DNA from: an uncultured Acidobacteriota bacterium
GTDB taxonomy: Bacteria; Acidobacteriota; Polarisedimenticolia; J045
Length of the DNA stretch: 64,000 nucleotides
Assembly (NCBI GenBank): GCA_963702425.1
Contig: CAVPCQ010000016.1
Location: forward strand, 52,073-116,072
Direction: 5' to 3'
Shown here: piece by piece, positions 1 to 8,560 of the stretch
How positions within the stretch are numbered: position 1 is the first letter of the stretch
How the letters are laid out: each line of letters begins with the position of its first letter
The notes under the pieces: generated by a model
What the model saw: only the letters and a program-made list of their open reading frames with translations
Told to the model about the DNA's origin: nothing
Database searches by the model: none
Program-made: the position numbers and the translations under genes

Positions 1-2
1 GC

Positions 3-497
3 GGCCGCCGGCTGGCGGCGTTCGACACCCGCTTCGGGCGGGCCGGCATCCTGGTCTGCGAAGACCTCTGGCACCCGACCGCGACGACCGTCCTGGCGCT
101 CGACGGGGCGGTCATGGTCTACGGGATCGCGGCCAGCCCGCTGCGCGGCCAGGGGGTCGGCTCGGCCGACCCGTCGCACCTTTCGGGCCGGCAGTTGGCC
201 GAGGTCCTGGCGCGCTTCCACACCGTGCCGGTGGTCTACGTCAACCGCAGCGGGTACGAGGAGGGGCTGGCCTTCGGCGGCGGCAGCTTCGCGATCGGCG
301 CGATGGGCGAGACGCTGGCCGAGGCGCCGCTGCTCGAGCCGGCGCTGGTGATCGCGACGATCGACCCCGACCGGACCCGCGCTGCGCGCGCGGCCTACCC
401 GCTGGTGCGCGACGAGCGGCCGGGCCTGCTGGCGCGCGAGCTGCGGCGGATCGCGCGGGGCGAGGGGCTCGAGGCGGACGAGGAGGACGGGCGATGA
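3..497 (+). CDS. carbon-nitrogen hydrolase (nitrilase superfamily), 5' end cut by window edge; probable glutaminase partner of NadE
   Basis: Frame 3 is open from nt 3. The translation GRRLAAFDTRFGRAGILVCEDLWHP... carries the C-N hydrolase catalytic-Cys motif. The stop overlaps the nadE start (ATGA at 494-497). Confidence 0.75.
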   Translation, partial: GRRLAAFDTRFGRAGILVCEDLWHPTATTVLALDGAVMVYGIAASPLRGQGVGSADPSHLSGRQLAEVLARFHTVPVVYVNRSGYEEGLAFGGGSFAIGAMGETLAEAPLLEPALVIATIDPDRTRAARAAYPLVRDERPGLLARELRRIARGEGLEADEEDGR

Positions 498-1333
498 GCG
501 AGCGGATCGAAGTCACCTCCCCGCTCGAGCTGCCCGACCTCGAGAAGCTGCTGGTCGGCTTCCTGCGCGAGGAGATCGGCAAGGCGGGGTTCGCACGCGG
601 GGTGGTCGGCGTCTCGGGCGGGCTCGACTCGGCGGTGGTCCTGCTGCTCGCGGCGCGCGCGCTGGGGCCGGAGCACGTGCTGGGGCTGCTCCTCCCCTAC
701 CGGGCTTCCTCCGAGGACAGCGTGCGCGACGCCCGCGCGGTGCTCGCGGTGGCCGGGAGCCCGTCGGAGGAGATCGACATCTCGCCGATGGTCGACGCCT
801 TCGCGGCGGCGGCCGCATGCGACGACGCGCTGCGGCTGGGCAACCGGATGGCGCGCGAGCGGATGGCGCTGCTGTACGACCGCGCGGCGCGCGACCGGGC
901 GCTGGTCGTCGGGACCTCGAACAAGACCGAGTTGCTGCTGGGCTACTCGACCCGCTGGGGCGACGGCGCCTACGACCTCAATCCGATCGGCGACCTCTAC
1001 AAGAAGCAGGTCCGCGCGCTCGGTGCGCACCTCGGCGTGCCGAAGGCGATTCTCGCGAAGGCTCCTTCGGCCGACCTCTGGCCCGGCCAGACCGACGAGG
1101 CCGAGCTGGGCCTGACCTACGCCGACGCCGACCGGATCCTCTGGTACCTCGTCGACCAGCGCGGCCGCCCGGAGCGCGCGGCCGAGGAGCTGGGGGTCGC
1201 GCAGGCGGCGGTCGACCGCGTGATGCGCCTGCTGACCGCGACGCAGTTCAAGCGCAACCTGCCGCTGATCTGCAAGGTCCAGCTGCGGACGATCGGGATC
1301 GACTTCCGGCTGCCGCGGGACTGGGGACGGTAG
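494..1333 (+). CDS. nadE: NAD+ synthetase (synthetase domain only)
   Basis: PP-loop motif GVSGGLDSAVV, plus GTSNKTELLLGYSTRWGDGAYDLNPIGDLYKKQV, typical of NadE. Confidence 0.9.
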   Translation: MSERIEVTSPLELPDLEKLLVGFLREEIGKAGFARGVVGVSGGLDSAVVLLLAARALGPEHVLGLLLPYRASSEDSVRDARAVLAVAGSPSEEIDISPMVDAFAAAAACDDALRLGNRMARERMALLYDRAARDRALVVGTSNKTELLLGYSTRWGDGAYDLNPIGDLYKKQVRALGAHLGVPKAILAKAPSADLWPGQTDEAELGLTYADADRILWYLVDQRGRPERAAEELGVAQAAVDRVMRLLTATQFKRNLPLICKVQLRTIGIDFRLPRDWGR

Positions 1334-1358
1334 GGTCGTCCACCGGCACCGCTGGGTC

Positions 1359-2303
1359 CTACGGAGCGGCCTTGCGCCACGCCTCGATGAAGCGGACCAC
1401 CCCCTCGACGCGGTAGTCGACGGCCAGCCGTCCCAGCTCGACATTCGCGGTCTTCACGTCGTCGGCGGTCACGACCCCGTTGTCGGTGAACTCGCGCGTC
1501 GAGGTGTGCTTGCCGGAGCGCTGCGGCTGGAACAGCAGGGCGTCCAGCAGCGCGGCCTGGTCGCCGCCGGTCGTCTTCTCGAGGATCGCCTGCACCTCCG
1601 GCGGATAGGTGAGCCGGGGGTTCTCGGCCCTCGCCATCTGGACCAGACCCGGGGCCAGGAACAGCATCATCGAGGTCTCCTCGACGCCGGCGTGGGAGTC
1701 GGACTTCAGGCCGGTGATCTTCGGGTCCGGGTCGGGGAACTCGACGTTCAGGAGATCGATCGCGAGCGCCGGCGTCTCGCGGTTGACGCGGAAGGCGACG
1801 TTGTGGACCGAGGTGTAGTTCCCGCCGTGACCCGAGTAGAAGATGATCCGGCGGAAGCCGTGGGCGATCAGGCTCTGGGCGGTCTCGTACAGCACGGCCT
1901 CGAACGTCGCTGGAGAGAGCGCGATCGTTCCCGGGAACGCCATGTGATGCTCGGAGACGCCGGCGAGCACGACGGGGGCAACGAGGACGCTGGCGCGCTG
2001 TCCGATGCGCAGGCAGATCTCGGTCGCCTGCACGATGTCCGAGTCGAGCGGCAGGTGCCTGCCGTGCTGCTCGATCGAGCCGACGGGAACGATCACCAGG
2101 TCCGAGGTGAGCAGGTACTGCTCGACCTCGCCCCACGTCATGTGCGGCAGATAGAACGGCGTGCGGGAGTCGAGCGCCGCCGTCCCGCGGGCCGCGTCGC
2201 CGGCCGCTGCGGGCAGGGCGGTGGCCGCGACCGCCGCCGCGGCCAGGACGAGTCCAGGGAACAGCGTTGCGGCGATCCGCCGCCGGAGCGTCGTGCCGTG
2301 CAT
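1359..2303 (-). CDS. creatininase-family amidohydrolase with N-terminal signal peptide
   Basis: Motif VPVGSIEQHGRHLPLDSD and SGHGGN. The start is placed at Met 176 of the 1359..2828 ORF (MHGTTLRRRIAATLFPGLVLAAAA...); the upstream part of that ORF is Arg/Asp-rich shadow sequence. Confidence 0.8.
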   Translation of the reverse strand: MHGTTLRRRIAATLFPGLVLAAAAVAATALPAAAGDAARGTAALDSRTPFYLPHMTWGEVEQYLLTSDLVIVPVGSIEQHGRHLPLDSDIVQATEICLRIGQRASVLVAPVVLAGVSEHHMAFPGTIALSPATFEAVLYETAQSLIAHGFRRIIFYSGHGGNYTSVHNVAFRVNRETPALAIDLLNVEFPDPDPKITGLKSDSHAGVEETSMMLFLAPGLVQMARAENPRLTYPPEVQAILEKTTGGDQAALLDALLFQPQRSGKHTSTREFTDNGVVTADDVKTANVELGRLAVDYRVEGVVRFIEAWRKAAP

Positions 2304-2396
2304 GGGGCGCCTCCTCGCGTGGGCTCCATTCTGCACCGGCGCCACCCCTTTCGAGGGCAGGAGACCGGGCGAAACTCGCGCTAGAATCGTTTCCTC

Positions 2397-3452
2397 ATGA
2401 ACGAAGGCCGCAGGATCCGGCTGACGTCGTACTCGAACTGCGCGGGTTGAGCGAGCAAGCTCGGTCCCGAGCTGCTCGCGCAGGTGCTGCGCGGCGTCAC
2501 CGAACGCGTCCCCGACCTCGCCGGCGGGGACCAGCTGATCGTCGGGCTGGCCGAGCCCGACGACGCGGCCGTCTATCGCCTCGGTGGCGGGCGGGTGCTG
2601 ATCGCGACGGTCGACTTCTTCACGCCGATCGTCGACGACCCGTTTGCCTACGGGCAGGTCGCGGCAGCGAACTCGATCTCCGACGTCTACGCGATGGGCG
2701 GCGACCCGTTCCTGGCGCTCTCGGTCGCCGCCTTCCCGGCCGACCTGCCGGCCGAGATCCTGTCCGAGATCATCGCCGGAGCGGCGATCAAGGTGCGCGA
2801 GGCGGGAGCGGTGCTGGCCGGCGGCCACTCGGTGCGCGACGCCGAGCCCAAGTTCGGGCTGACGGTGCTCGGCTTCGGGCGCGAGGAGTCGCTGATCCTC
2901 AAGCGCGGCGCGAGGCCGGGGGATCTCCTTTACCTGACCAAACTGCTTGGCACCGGCGTGCTCGCGACCGCGCTGAAGGAACAGGCCCTCTCAGCGGCGC
3001 ATGAGCGCGAGCTGGTCGCGTCGATGGCGCGGCTCTCGGGCGGCGCGTCGCGCGCGGCGGTCGCGGCGGGGGTGCGCGGCGGGACCGACGTCACCGGCTA
3101 CGCGCTCGCCGGCCACGCGCTCGAGATGGCCGAGGCCTCGGGCGCGCGGCTGGTGCTCGAGTGGGGCCGGGTCCCGCTGCTCGCCTTCGCGCGCGAGGCG
3201 GTGGAGCGGGAGTTCGTCCCGGGCGGGACCGCCACCAACGAAGCGGCCTTCGCGCCGCGCGTGGCCGGGCTCGAGCGGTTGTCCGAAACCGACCGCGCGC
3301 TGCTGTTCGACCCGCAGACCTCGGGCGGCCTGCTGCTCGCGGTGCCGCCCGACCGCGAGCCGGTCTTCCGCGCCGCACTGGCCGCCGAGGCGGCGGACGG
3401 CTGGCGGATCGGGCGGGTCGAGGCGGGCGCGGGTCTCGCGCTGGAGCCCTGA
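2397..3452 (+). CDS. selD: selenide, water dikinase (selenophosphate synthetase), Sec-containing form; in-frame UGA at 2448-2450
   Basis: The ORF track starts at GTG 2484, but the frame is open back to ATG 2397 except for one TGA. MNEGRRIRLTSYSNCAG-U-ASKLGPELLAQVL aligns with the SelD N-terminal active-site loop (E. coli ...SHGAGCGCKI...). Downstream, DFFTPIVDDPFAYGQVAAANSISDVYAMGG is the SelD core. Confidence 0.85.
2451..2479 (+). promoter_or_regulatory. bacterial SECIS-like hairpin directly 3' of the selD UGA
   Basis: GCGAGC-A-AGCUCG-GUCC-CGAGCU-GCUCGC: a 12-bp stem with one bulged A and a GUCC loop, starting 1 nt after the UGA. Confidence 0.6.
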
Positions 3453-3453
3453 G

Positions 3454-4497
3454 GTGACGGCTCCCGCGCGCGGGCGGCTGCTGGTCGTCGCCACCCCGCT
3501 CGGCAACCTCGGCGACCTCTCGCCGCGCGCGGCCAAGGCGCTGGCGGAGGCCGACCTCGTCGCGGCCGAGGACACGCGCCGCACGCTCCCCCTGCTGTCG
3601 CACCTCGGGCTGTCGAAGCCGCTGGTCTCCAGTCACAAGTTCAACGAGGTCGCGGGGCTGGCCGGACTGCTGGCCACGCTGGCCGAGGGGAAGACGGTCG
3701 CGCTGGTCACCGACGGCGGCACGCCGGCGATCTCCGACCCCGGCCACCGGCTGGTCGCGGCGGCACACGCCGCGGGGCACGCGGTCGTCGCGATCGCGGG
3801 GCCCAGCGCCGTCGCGGCGGCGCTCTCGGTCGCCGGCTTCCCGGCCGACCGCTTCCGCTTCGCGGGTTTCCTGCCGGCAGCGGCGGCCGCGCGGCGGCGG
3901 GCGCTCGCGGCGCTCGCGGCGGAGCCGGAGACGCTGGTCTTCTACGAGGCGCCGCACCGCGCGCTGAAGGCGCTCGACGCGATGATCGACGCGCTCGGCG
4001 ACCGCGAGGCGACGCTCTGCCGCGAGCTGACGAAGCTCTACGAGGAGGTGCTGCGCGCGCCGCTGTCGGCGATCCGGGCCGCGCTCGCGGCGCGCGACGC
4101 GATCCGCGGGGAGATCGTGCTGGTCGTGGCCGGCGCGGGCGAGGGGCGCGAGCGGGCGGGTGCAGTGCGGACGGGTGCAGGGCGGGCCGGTGCCGGGCGG
4201 GCCGGCGCGGGGCGGGCCGGTGCCGGGCGGGCCGGCACGGAGGCCGGCCCCGACGGGGTGCGAGACGGTTGGTCTGCTGCGCCAGCCGTGGGGGCCGGCC
4301 TCCGTGCCGGCCCGCTCCGTCGCGGTCCGATCGACGCGGCCGCCTGCGGCGTCCTGTTCGCGCTGGCCCGCGAGTTGGAGGATGGCGACGCGCGGCGCGC
4401 GCTCCGTCGCCTGGCGCGCGAGCTGGGCCGGACGCGCGCGGAGGTCAAGGCACTGCTCGCGGCGGCCGGCGTCCCGCTCGAGGACGGACCGGGCTGA
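3454..4497 (+). CDS. rsmI: 16S rRNA (cytidine1402-2'-O)-methyltransferase with a REP-derived ~60-aa insert
   Basis: From GTG 3454: LLVVATPLGNLGDLSPRA...EDTR...VTDGGTPAISDPG...FRFAGFLP...LVFYEAPHR...RELTKLYEE, the tetrapyrrole-methylase-fold RsmI motifs. A C-terminal helix follows the insert. Confidence 0.85.
   Translation: MTAPARGRLLVVATPLGNLGDLSPRAAKALAEADLVAAEDTRRTLPLLSHLGLSKPLVSSHKFNEVAGLAGLLATLAEGKTVALVTDGGTPAISDPGHRLVAAAHAAGHAVVAIAGPSAVAAALSVAGFPADRFRFAGFLPAAAAARRRALAALAAEPETLVFYEAPHRALKALDAMIDALGDREATLCRELTKLYEEVLRAPLSAIRAALAARDAIRGEIVLVVAGAGEGRERAGAVRTGAGRAGAGRAGAGRAGAGRAGTEAGPDGVRDGWSAAPAVGAGLRAGPLRRGPIDAAACGVLFALARELEDGDARRALRRLARELGRTRAEVKALLAAAGVPLEDGPG
4154..4313. repeat. REP pair (4229-4254 and 4288-4313, inverted) preceded by degenerate 15-nt tandem repeats, inside the rsmI coding sequence
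   Basis: GGGCCGGCACGGAGGCCGGCCCCGAC and GTGGGGGCCGGCCTCCGTGCCGGCCC. Upstream are four copies of GGGCGGGCCGG(T/C)GC(C/G)-like units, encoding GAGRAGAGRAGAGRAGAGRAGTEAGP. Confidence 0.85.
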
Positions 4498-4665
4498 TAA
4501 ACGGCCGGCCGGGGGGGTAGGATGGCGCCCGCCGCGGGACGCTCCGCCCATCCCGCGCGGGAGGCGCTGTGAGCTGGGCTCTGTGGGTCGTCCTCGCGTA
4601 CCTGCTCGTCCTCGCTCGGCTTCAACTTCGTCCGCTCGCGGCAGATCCAGTCGCAGGAGGACTTC

Positions 4666-6273
4666 ATGGTCGCGGGGCGCAAGCTCTCGATGACCGTGAT
4701 GGTGTTCACGCTGGTCTGCACCTGGATCGGCTCCGGCTCGTTCATCGCCGGCGCCGAGTACGCGGCCAAGGCCGGCTGGTCGTCGCTGTGGCTGCCGGCG
4801 GGCGCCTGGGTCGGGATCGCGGTGATCTACTTCCTGGCCGCCAAGATCCGGGGCTTCGGCCAGTACACGGTCGGCGACATCCTCGAGGTCCGGTACGGCA
4901 AGTTCGCCCGGCTGTTCGGCGCGATCGCGCTGATCATCGCCTTCACGACGATCGTCTCCTACCAGTTCCGGGCCGGCGGCTACATCCTCAACGTCGCCTC
5001 CGGCGGCGCGATCTCGGTCCCCGTCGGGCAGGCGATCGCGGCCGGCTTCGTGATCCTCTTCACCGCGCTCGGCGGGATGCTGGCGGTCGCCCACACCGAC
5101 CTCCCCAACGGGATCATCATCGTCCTGGCCTGCGCCGCGGCGCTGCCGTTCACGATCGCGGCGGCGGGCGGCGCCGGCGCGGCCGCGGCGGCGCTCCCCG
5201 CGCAGCACTTCACGGTCTTCGCCTCGGACTTCGGCGCGCACCCGGCGCTCAAGGCCGGCGGCTACTTCCTGGCCACGCTGCTGCTGCTGATGGGCATTCA
5301 GTCGATGTACCAGAAGTTCTACTCGGCCCGCTCGCCGGCCGAGGCGCGCAAGGCGGTGGCGCTCTGGATCGTCGGCACGATCGTCGTCGAGACGCTGGTC
5401 GTGGCGATCGCGATCTACAGCTCGGCCCGGCACTGGCCGGAGGTCACGGCCTTCCGGATCGCCGGCACCGTCAAGGAGCAGGTCGCGTCGGGCGCGCTCC
5501 CGCCGGGGGACGCCGTGGCGCGCGCGATTCAGCTCGCGCAGGAGGCGGCGACGCGCGGCAACCTGATGCCGTCGCAGGTCGCCCCGCTGCACACGCTGCT
5601 CAACGAGGGGTTCAGCGGCGCGACCAACGCCGCGGCGATCGCCCACGCGAAGATCGGGATCGACCCGGCGTCGCTCGTGCTGCAGGCCGCCGGCGACCTG
5701 ATCGGCAGCTCCGGGATCGCCGTCTTCGTCGGGCTGCTGCTGCTCGGGGCGGCCTGCGCGGTCGTGATCTCGACCGGCATGAACTACCTGCTGTCGCCGA
5801 CGACCAACATCATGCGCGACATCTACCAGCGCTTCGTCAGCCCCGGGGCCGACCAGAAGTCGATGGTCGCGCTGCAGAAGGTCTTCGTCGTGCTGGTCGG
5901 CCTGGCGGCCTTCATGATGATCTGGATCCCGACCTATTTCGGCCTCAACATCTCCGTGCTGAAGTACTCCTACTTCGCCTACACCGTGTACGGCGTGTCG
6001 ATCACCCCGGCCCTGCTCGCCGCGCTGGCCTGGAAGCGCGCGACCTGGCAGGGCGGCCTGGCCTCGATCGTCGGGGGCGCGGCCGCGGTGCTGGCGCTCG
6101 ACGTCGCGCTGCCGATGCTGGCGCCGGCGGTGATGGTCGACGGCGACCCGTGGGGGATCCCCAGCATCTACTTCTCGGCCGCGATCTCGATCGGCCTGCT
6201 GTTCCTGGTCAGCCTAGCGACGCCGCCCCCGACGAAGGCCGAGCTGGCGCCGCTGTTTCCGGAGGAAAGGTAA
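4666..6273 (+). CDS. sodium:solute symporter (SSS) family transporter; the N-terminal TM1 appears displaced into another frame (4569-4616)
   Basis: FMVAGRKLSMTVMVFTLVCTWIGSGSFIGAEY... and multi-TM sequence throughout. See the finding on the frameshift at about 4617. Confidence 0.8.
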   Translation: MVAGRKLSMTVMVFTLVCTWIGSGSFIAGAEYAAKAGWSSLWLPAGAWVGIAVIYFLAAKIRGFGQYTVGDILEVRYGKFARLFGAIALIIAFTTIVSYQFRAGGYILNVASGGAISVPVGQAIAAGFVILFTALGGMLAVAHTDLPNGIIIVLACAAALPFTIAAAGGAGAAAAALPAQHFTVFASDFGAHPALKAGGYFLATLLLLMGIQSMYQKFYSARSPAEARKAVALWIVGTIVVETLVVAIAIYSSARHWPEVTAFRIAGTVKEQVASGALPPGDAVARAIQLAQEAATRGNLMPSQVAPLHTLLNEGFSGATNAAAIAHAKIGIDPASLVLQAAGDLIGSSGIAVFVGLLLLGAACAVVISTGMNYLLSPTTNIMRDIYQRFVSPGADQKSMVALQKVFVVLVGLAAFMMIWIPTYFGLNISVLKYSYFAYTVYGVSITPALLAALAWKRATWQGGLASIVGGAAAVLALDVALPMLAPAVMVDGDPWGIPSIYFSAAISIGLLFLVSLATPPPTKAELAPLFPEER

Positions 6274-6280
6274 GCCCGCG

Positions 6281-8530
6281 ATGCGCAAGTCGCTCGCTCG
6301 CCTGGGCCACTTCGTCTGCGCCGCGGTCGTGCTCGCGGCCCTTTCCGCGCCGGCCGGGCGGGCCGGCACGGAGGCCGGACGGGCCGGCACGGAGGCCGGC
6401 CCCTACAGGTTGGTGGATGCCGAGGGGCGGCCGGTCGCGGAGGCGCGGGTCTCGGTCACGGGCCGCGCCGGCTCGGTCTTCACCGACGAGGACGGCCGCT
6501 TCGCGCTCGACCCCCGGCCGCCGATCCCCTTCGAGCTGGTCGTGCTCGATGCGCGCGGGGCGTTCCTCGGCACGGTGCTGGTCGAGCGCGACGATGCCGT
6601 CGAGCTGCGGCTCCCGGAGTCGGCGAAAGCGGAGCTGACCGTCCGCAGCGACGTCGCGCCGACCACGCTGGGCCCCCCCGCATCGGCACCGAACCTGGTC
6701 ACGCGCGAGGAGATGAACCGGCGCCAGCCGGCACGGCTGACCGACGCGCTGATGGACATCCCGGGCGTCGGGCGACTGGAGGAGGGCCAGTCGGTCGTCC
6801 CGTCCGTCCGGGGCCTCGCGCGTGGAAGGACGCTGATCCTGATCGACGACGGCCGCGTCACGGCCGAGCGCCGCGCCGGCCCCTCGGCGAGCTACCTGCA
6901 GCCCTTCATGCTCCAGGGGCTCGAGATCGTGCGCGGGCCGGGTTCGGTGGCCTACGGTTCGGACGCGATCGGCGGAGTGATCCACGCCCGCACGCCGCTC
7001 CCCCAGCCGGGGGCGTCGTTCGGGCGCTACGAGGTCTCGGGCGGCGCCGGGCAGCCGATGGCGACCGGTGGTGTCTCGCTCAACCTGCCGGTCGGCAACG
7101 GGGCGATGACCTTCGCCGGGCAGCAGCGCTGGTTCGGCGACTACAGCTCCCCCGACGGGACCGTCGACAATTCGAGCGCACGTGACCGGAACCTGGGGCT
7201 GGGCGGCCTCTGGCCCGTCGGAACCGCGCGCGTCTGGTTCAACGCCTACGACGGCCAGGCCTGGGACATGGGCAAGCCGGCGCAGGACTCGAACCTCACC
7301 CGGGCCTGGTACCCGGAAGAGGACGCGACCCGCCTGGCGCTCGGCGCCGACCTGCCGGGGGGGCTCGGCTTCGACACGCTGGAGCTGCGCGGCTTCGTCG
7401 GCCGCTACGAGCTGGTCACCGAGCGCGAACGCTTTCCGCAGGCGGGGCCGCCCGCCGTCACGCGACGGATCCAGGAAGCCGACGTCACTTCGTACGACGC
7501 CTCGCTGCGCGCGGTCGGCGCCCGCAGCTTCGGCGCGCTGCGCTTCTCCTCCGGCATCGAGGCGATCTCGCGCTTCGGACTCAACGCGATCGACACCACG
7601 ACCCGCTACGACACCGCGGGCCAGGTGACCAGCGTCGTCCGCAACGAGTCGATCGAGGACGCCAGCCGGCTCGACCTGGGGGCGTTCGTCGAGGCCTCGC
7701 TCCCCTTCGCCCGGGACCGGTTCGTCGCCTCGGCCGGCGTGCGCGGCGACTGGTTGAAGACCGAGAGCACCGGCGCCAGCTTCGGCGACCAGTCGAGCCG
7801 GGAGGACGCGATCACCGGGTTCGCTGCGCTGACCTGGCACTTCGCGCCGGCCTGGGAGACTGCGCTGCAGTGGGCGCGGGCCTTCCGCGCCCCCGGGCTC
7901 TCCGACCTCTACTTCGTCGGGCCGACCGGGCGCGGCGTCGTCACCGGGAACCCCGACCTGCTGCCGGAGACGACGAGCCAGTGGGACCTCGCGGTGCGCC
8001 GCACCGCCGGGAGCTGGCGCTTCGCCGGCTACGCCTACAGCTACCGGATCTTCGACCTGATCGAGCGCTACGAGGAGCCGCCCGGGAGCGCCAACTTCTT
8101 CTTTCGCAACGGCGGCACGGAGCAGCTCACCGGGATCGAGCTGGAGACCGAGATCGACATCGGTGCGCGATTCGTGCTTGGCCTCGGCGCCAGTTGGACG
8201 CAGGGCGAGATCGTCGAGACCGGCAGCTTCCCGGCCGACGTCCCGCCCCTCTACGGCATGGCGACGCTGCTCTACCGCCCGGCCGACCGCTGGTGGCTGC
8301 GGCTGCGGGGAGAGGCGGTCCTGGCAGACGACCGGCCCGGCCCGACCGAAATCGACACACCCGGCTACGGGCTCGTCGGGATCGGCGCCGGCTACCAGCT
8401 CTCGCCGCTCTTCGGGCTCGAGCTGATCGTCGGCAACCTCTTCGACCACGCCTACCCCGCGACGCCCGACGCGGTCGCCGCCGACGGGCCGGGGATCAAC
8501 GCGCAGCTCGTGGTGCGCGGGGGGTGGTGA
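6281..8530 (+). CDS. TonB-dependent outer-membrane receptor with N-terminal carboxypeptidase-regulatory-like domain
   Basis: Signal peptide; plug motifs DALMDIPGV, VRGLARGRTLILIDDGR, LEIVRGPGSVAYGSDAIGGVI; and a C-terminal beta-barrel ending ...QLVVRGGW. Confidence 0.85.
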   Translation: MRKSLARLGHFVCAAVVLAALSAPAGRAGTEAGRAGTEAGPYRLVDAEGRPVAEARVSVTGRAGSVFTDEDGRFALDPRPPIPFELVVLDARGAFLGTVLVERDDAVELRLPESAKAELTVRSDVAPTTLGPPASAPNLVTREEMNRRQPARLTDALMDIPGVGRLEEGQSVVPSVRGLARGRTLILIDDGRVTAERRAGPSASYLQPFMLQGLEIVRGPGSVAYGSDAIGGVIHARTPLPQPGASFGRYEVSGGAGQPMATGGVSLNLPVGNGAMTFAGQQRWFGDYSSPDGTVDNSSARDRNLGLGGLWPVGTARVWFNAYDGQAWDMGKPAQDSNLTRAWYPEEDATRLALGADLPGGLGFDTLELRGFVGRYELVTERERFPQAGPPAVTRRIQEADVTSYDASLRAVGARSFGALRFSSGIEAISRFGLNAIDTTTRYDTAGQVTSVVRNESIEDASRLDLGAFVEASLPFARDRFVASAGVRGDWLKTESTGASFGDQSSREDAITGFAALTWHFAPAWETALQWARAFRAPGLSDLYFVGPTGRGVVTGNPDLLPETTSQWDLAVRRTAGSWRFAGYAYSYRIFDLIERYEEPPGSANFFFRNGGTEQLTGIELETEIDIGARFVLGLGASWTQGEIVETGSFPADVPPLYGMATLLYRPADRWWLRLRGEAVLADDRPGPTEIDTPGYGLVGIGAGYQLSPLFGLELIVGNLFDHAYPATPDAVAADGPGINAQLVVRGGW
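6360..6406. repeat. REP, 1.7 copies (6360-6378 truncated, 6381-6406 complete), inside the TonB-receptor coding sequence
   Basis: GGGCCGGCACGGAGGCCGG + AC + GGGCCGGCACGGAGGCCGGCCCCTAC, translated as GRAGTEAGRAGTEAGPY just after the signal peptide. Confidence 0.85.
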
Positions 8531-8560
8531 TCGAGGCCGGCGGGACGGGAAGCCGAAGGA

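Noticed and set aside
2304-2396. A TAGAAT box 11 nt upstream of the selD ATG as a -10 element of a near-leaderless transcript.
   Set aside because: It is plausible, but there is no convincing -35 element and no data. It is not reported as a feature.
4154-4260. The GAGRAGAGRAG... peptide in RsmI, and GRAGTEAGRAGTEAG in the TonB receptor, as genuine collagen-like or low-complexity protein domains.
   Set aside because: The nucleotide sequence is the dispersed REP/microsatellite element also found in intergenic DNA, so the peptides are by-products of element insertion.
3091-5646. Very long ORFs antisense to or overlapping confident genes (for example 3091..5646 -, 6209..8449 -, 12622..15468 +, 16355..20998 -, 21929..24679 -, 37149..39755 +, 40248..43007 -, 48552..51158 -).
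   Set aside because: Their translations are Arg/Pro/Gly/Ala/Asp-rich low-complexity strings with no motifs. They shadow genes with clear family signatures on the other strand or frame. This is the expected stop-codon-poor shadow effect of high-GC DNA.
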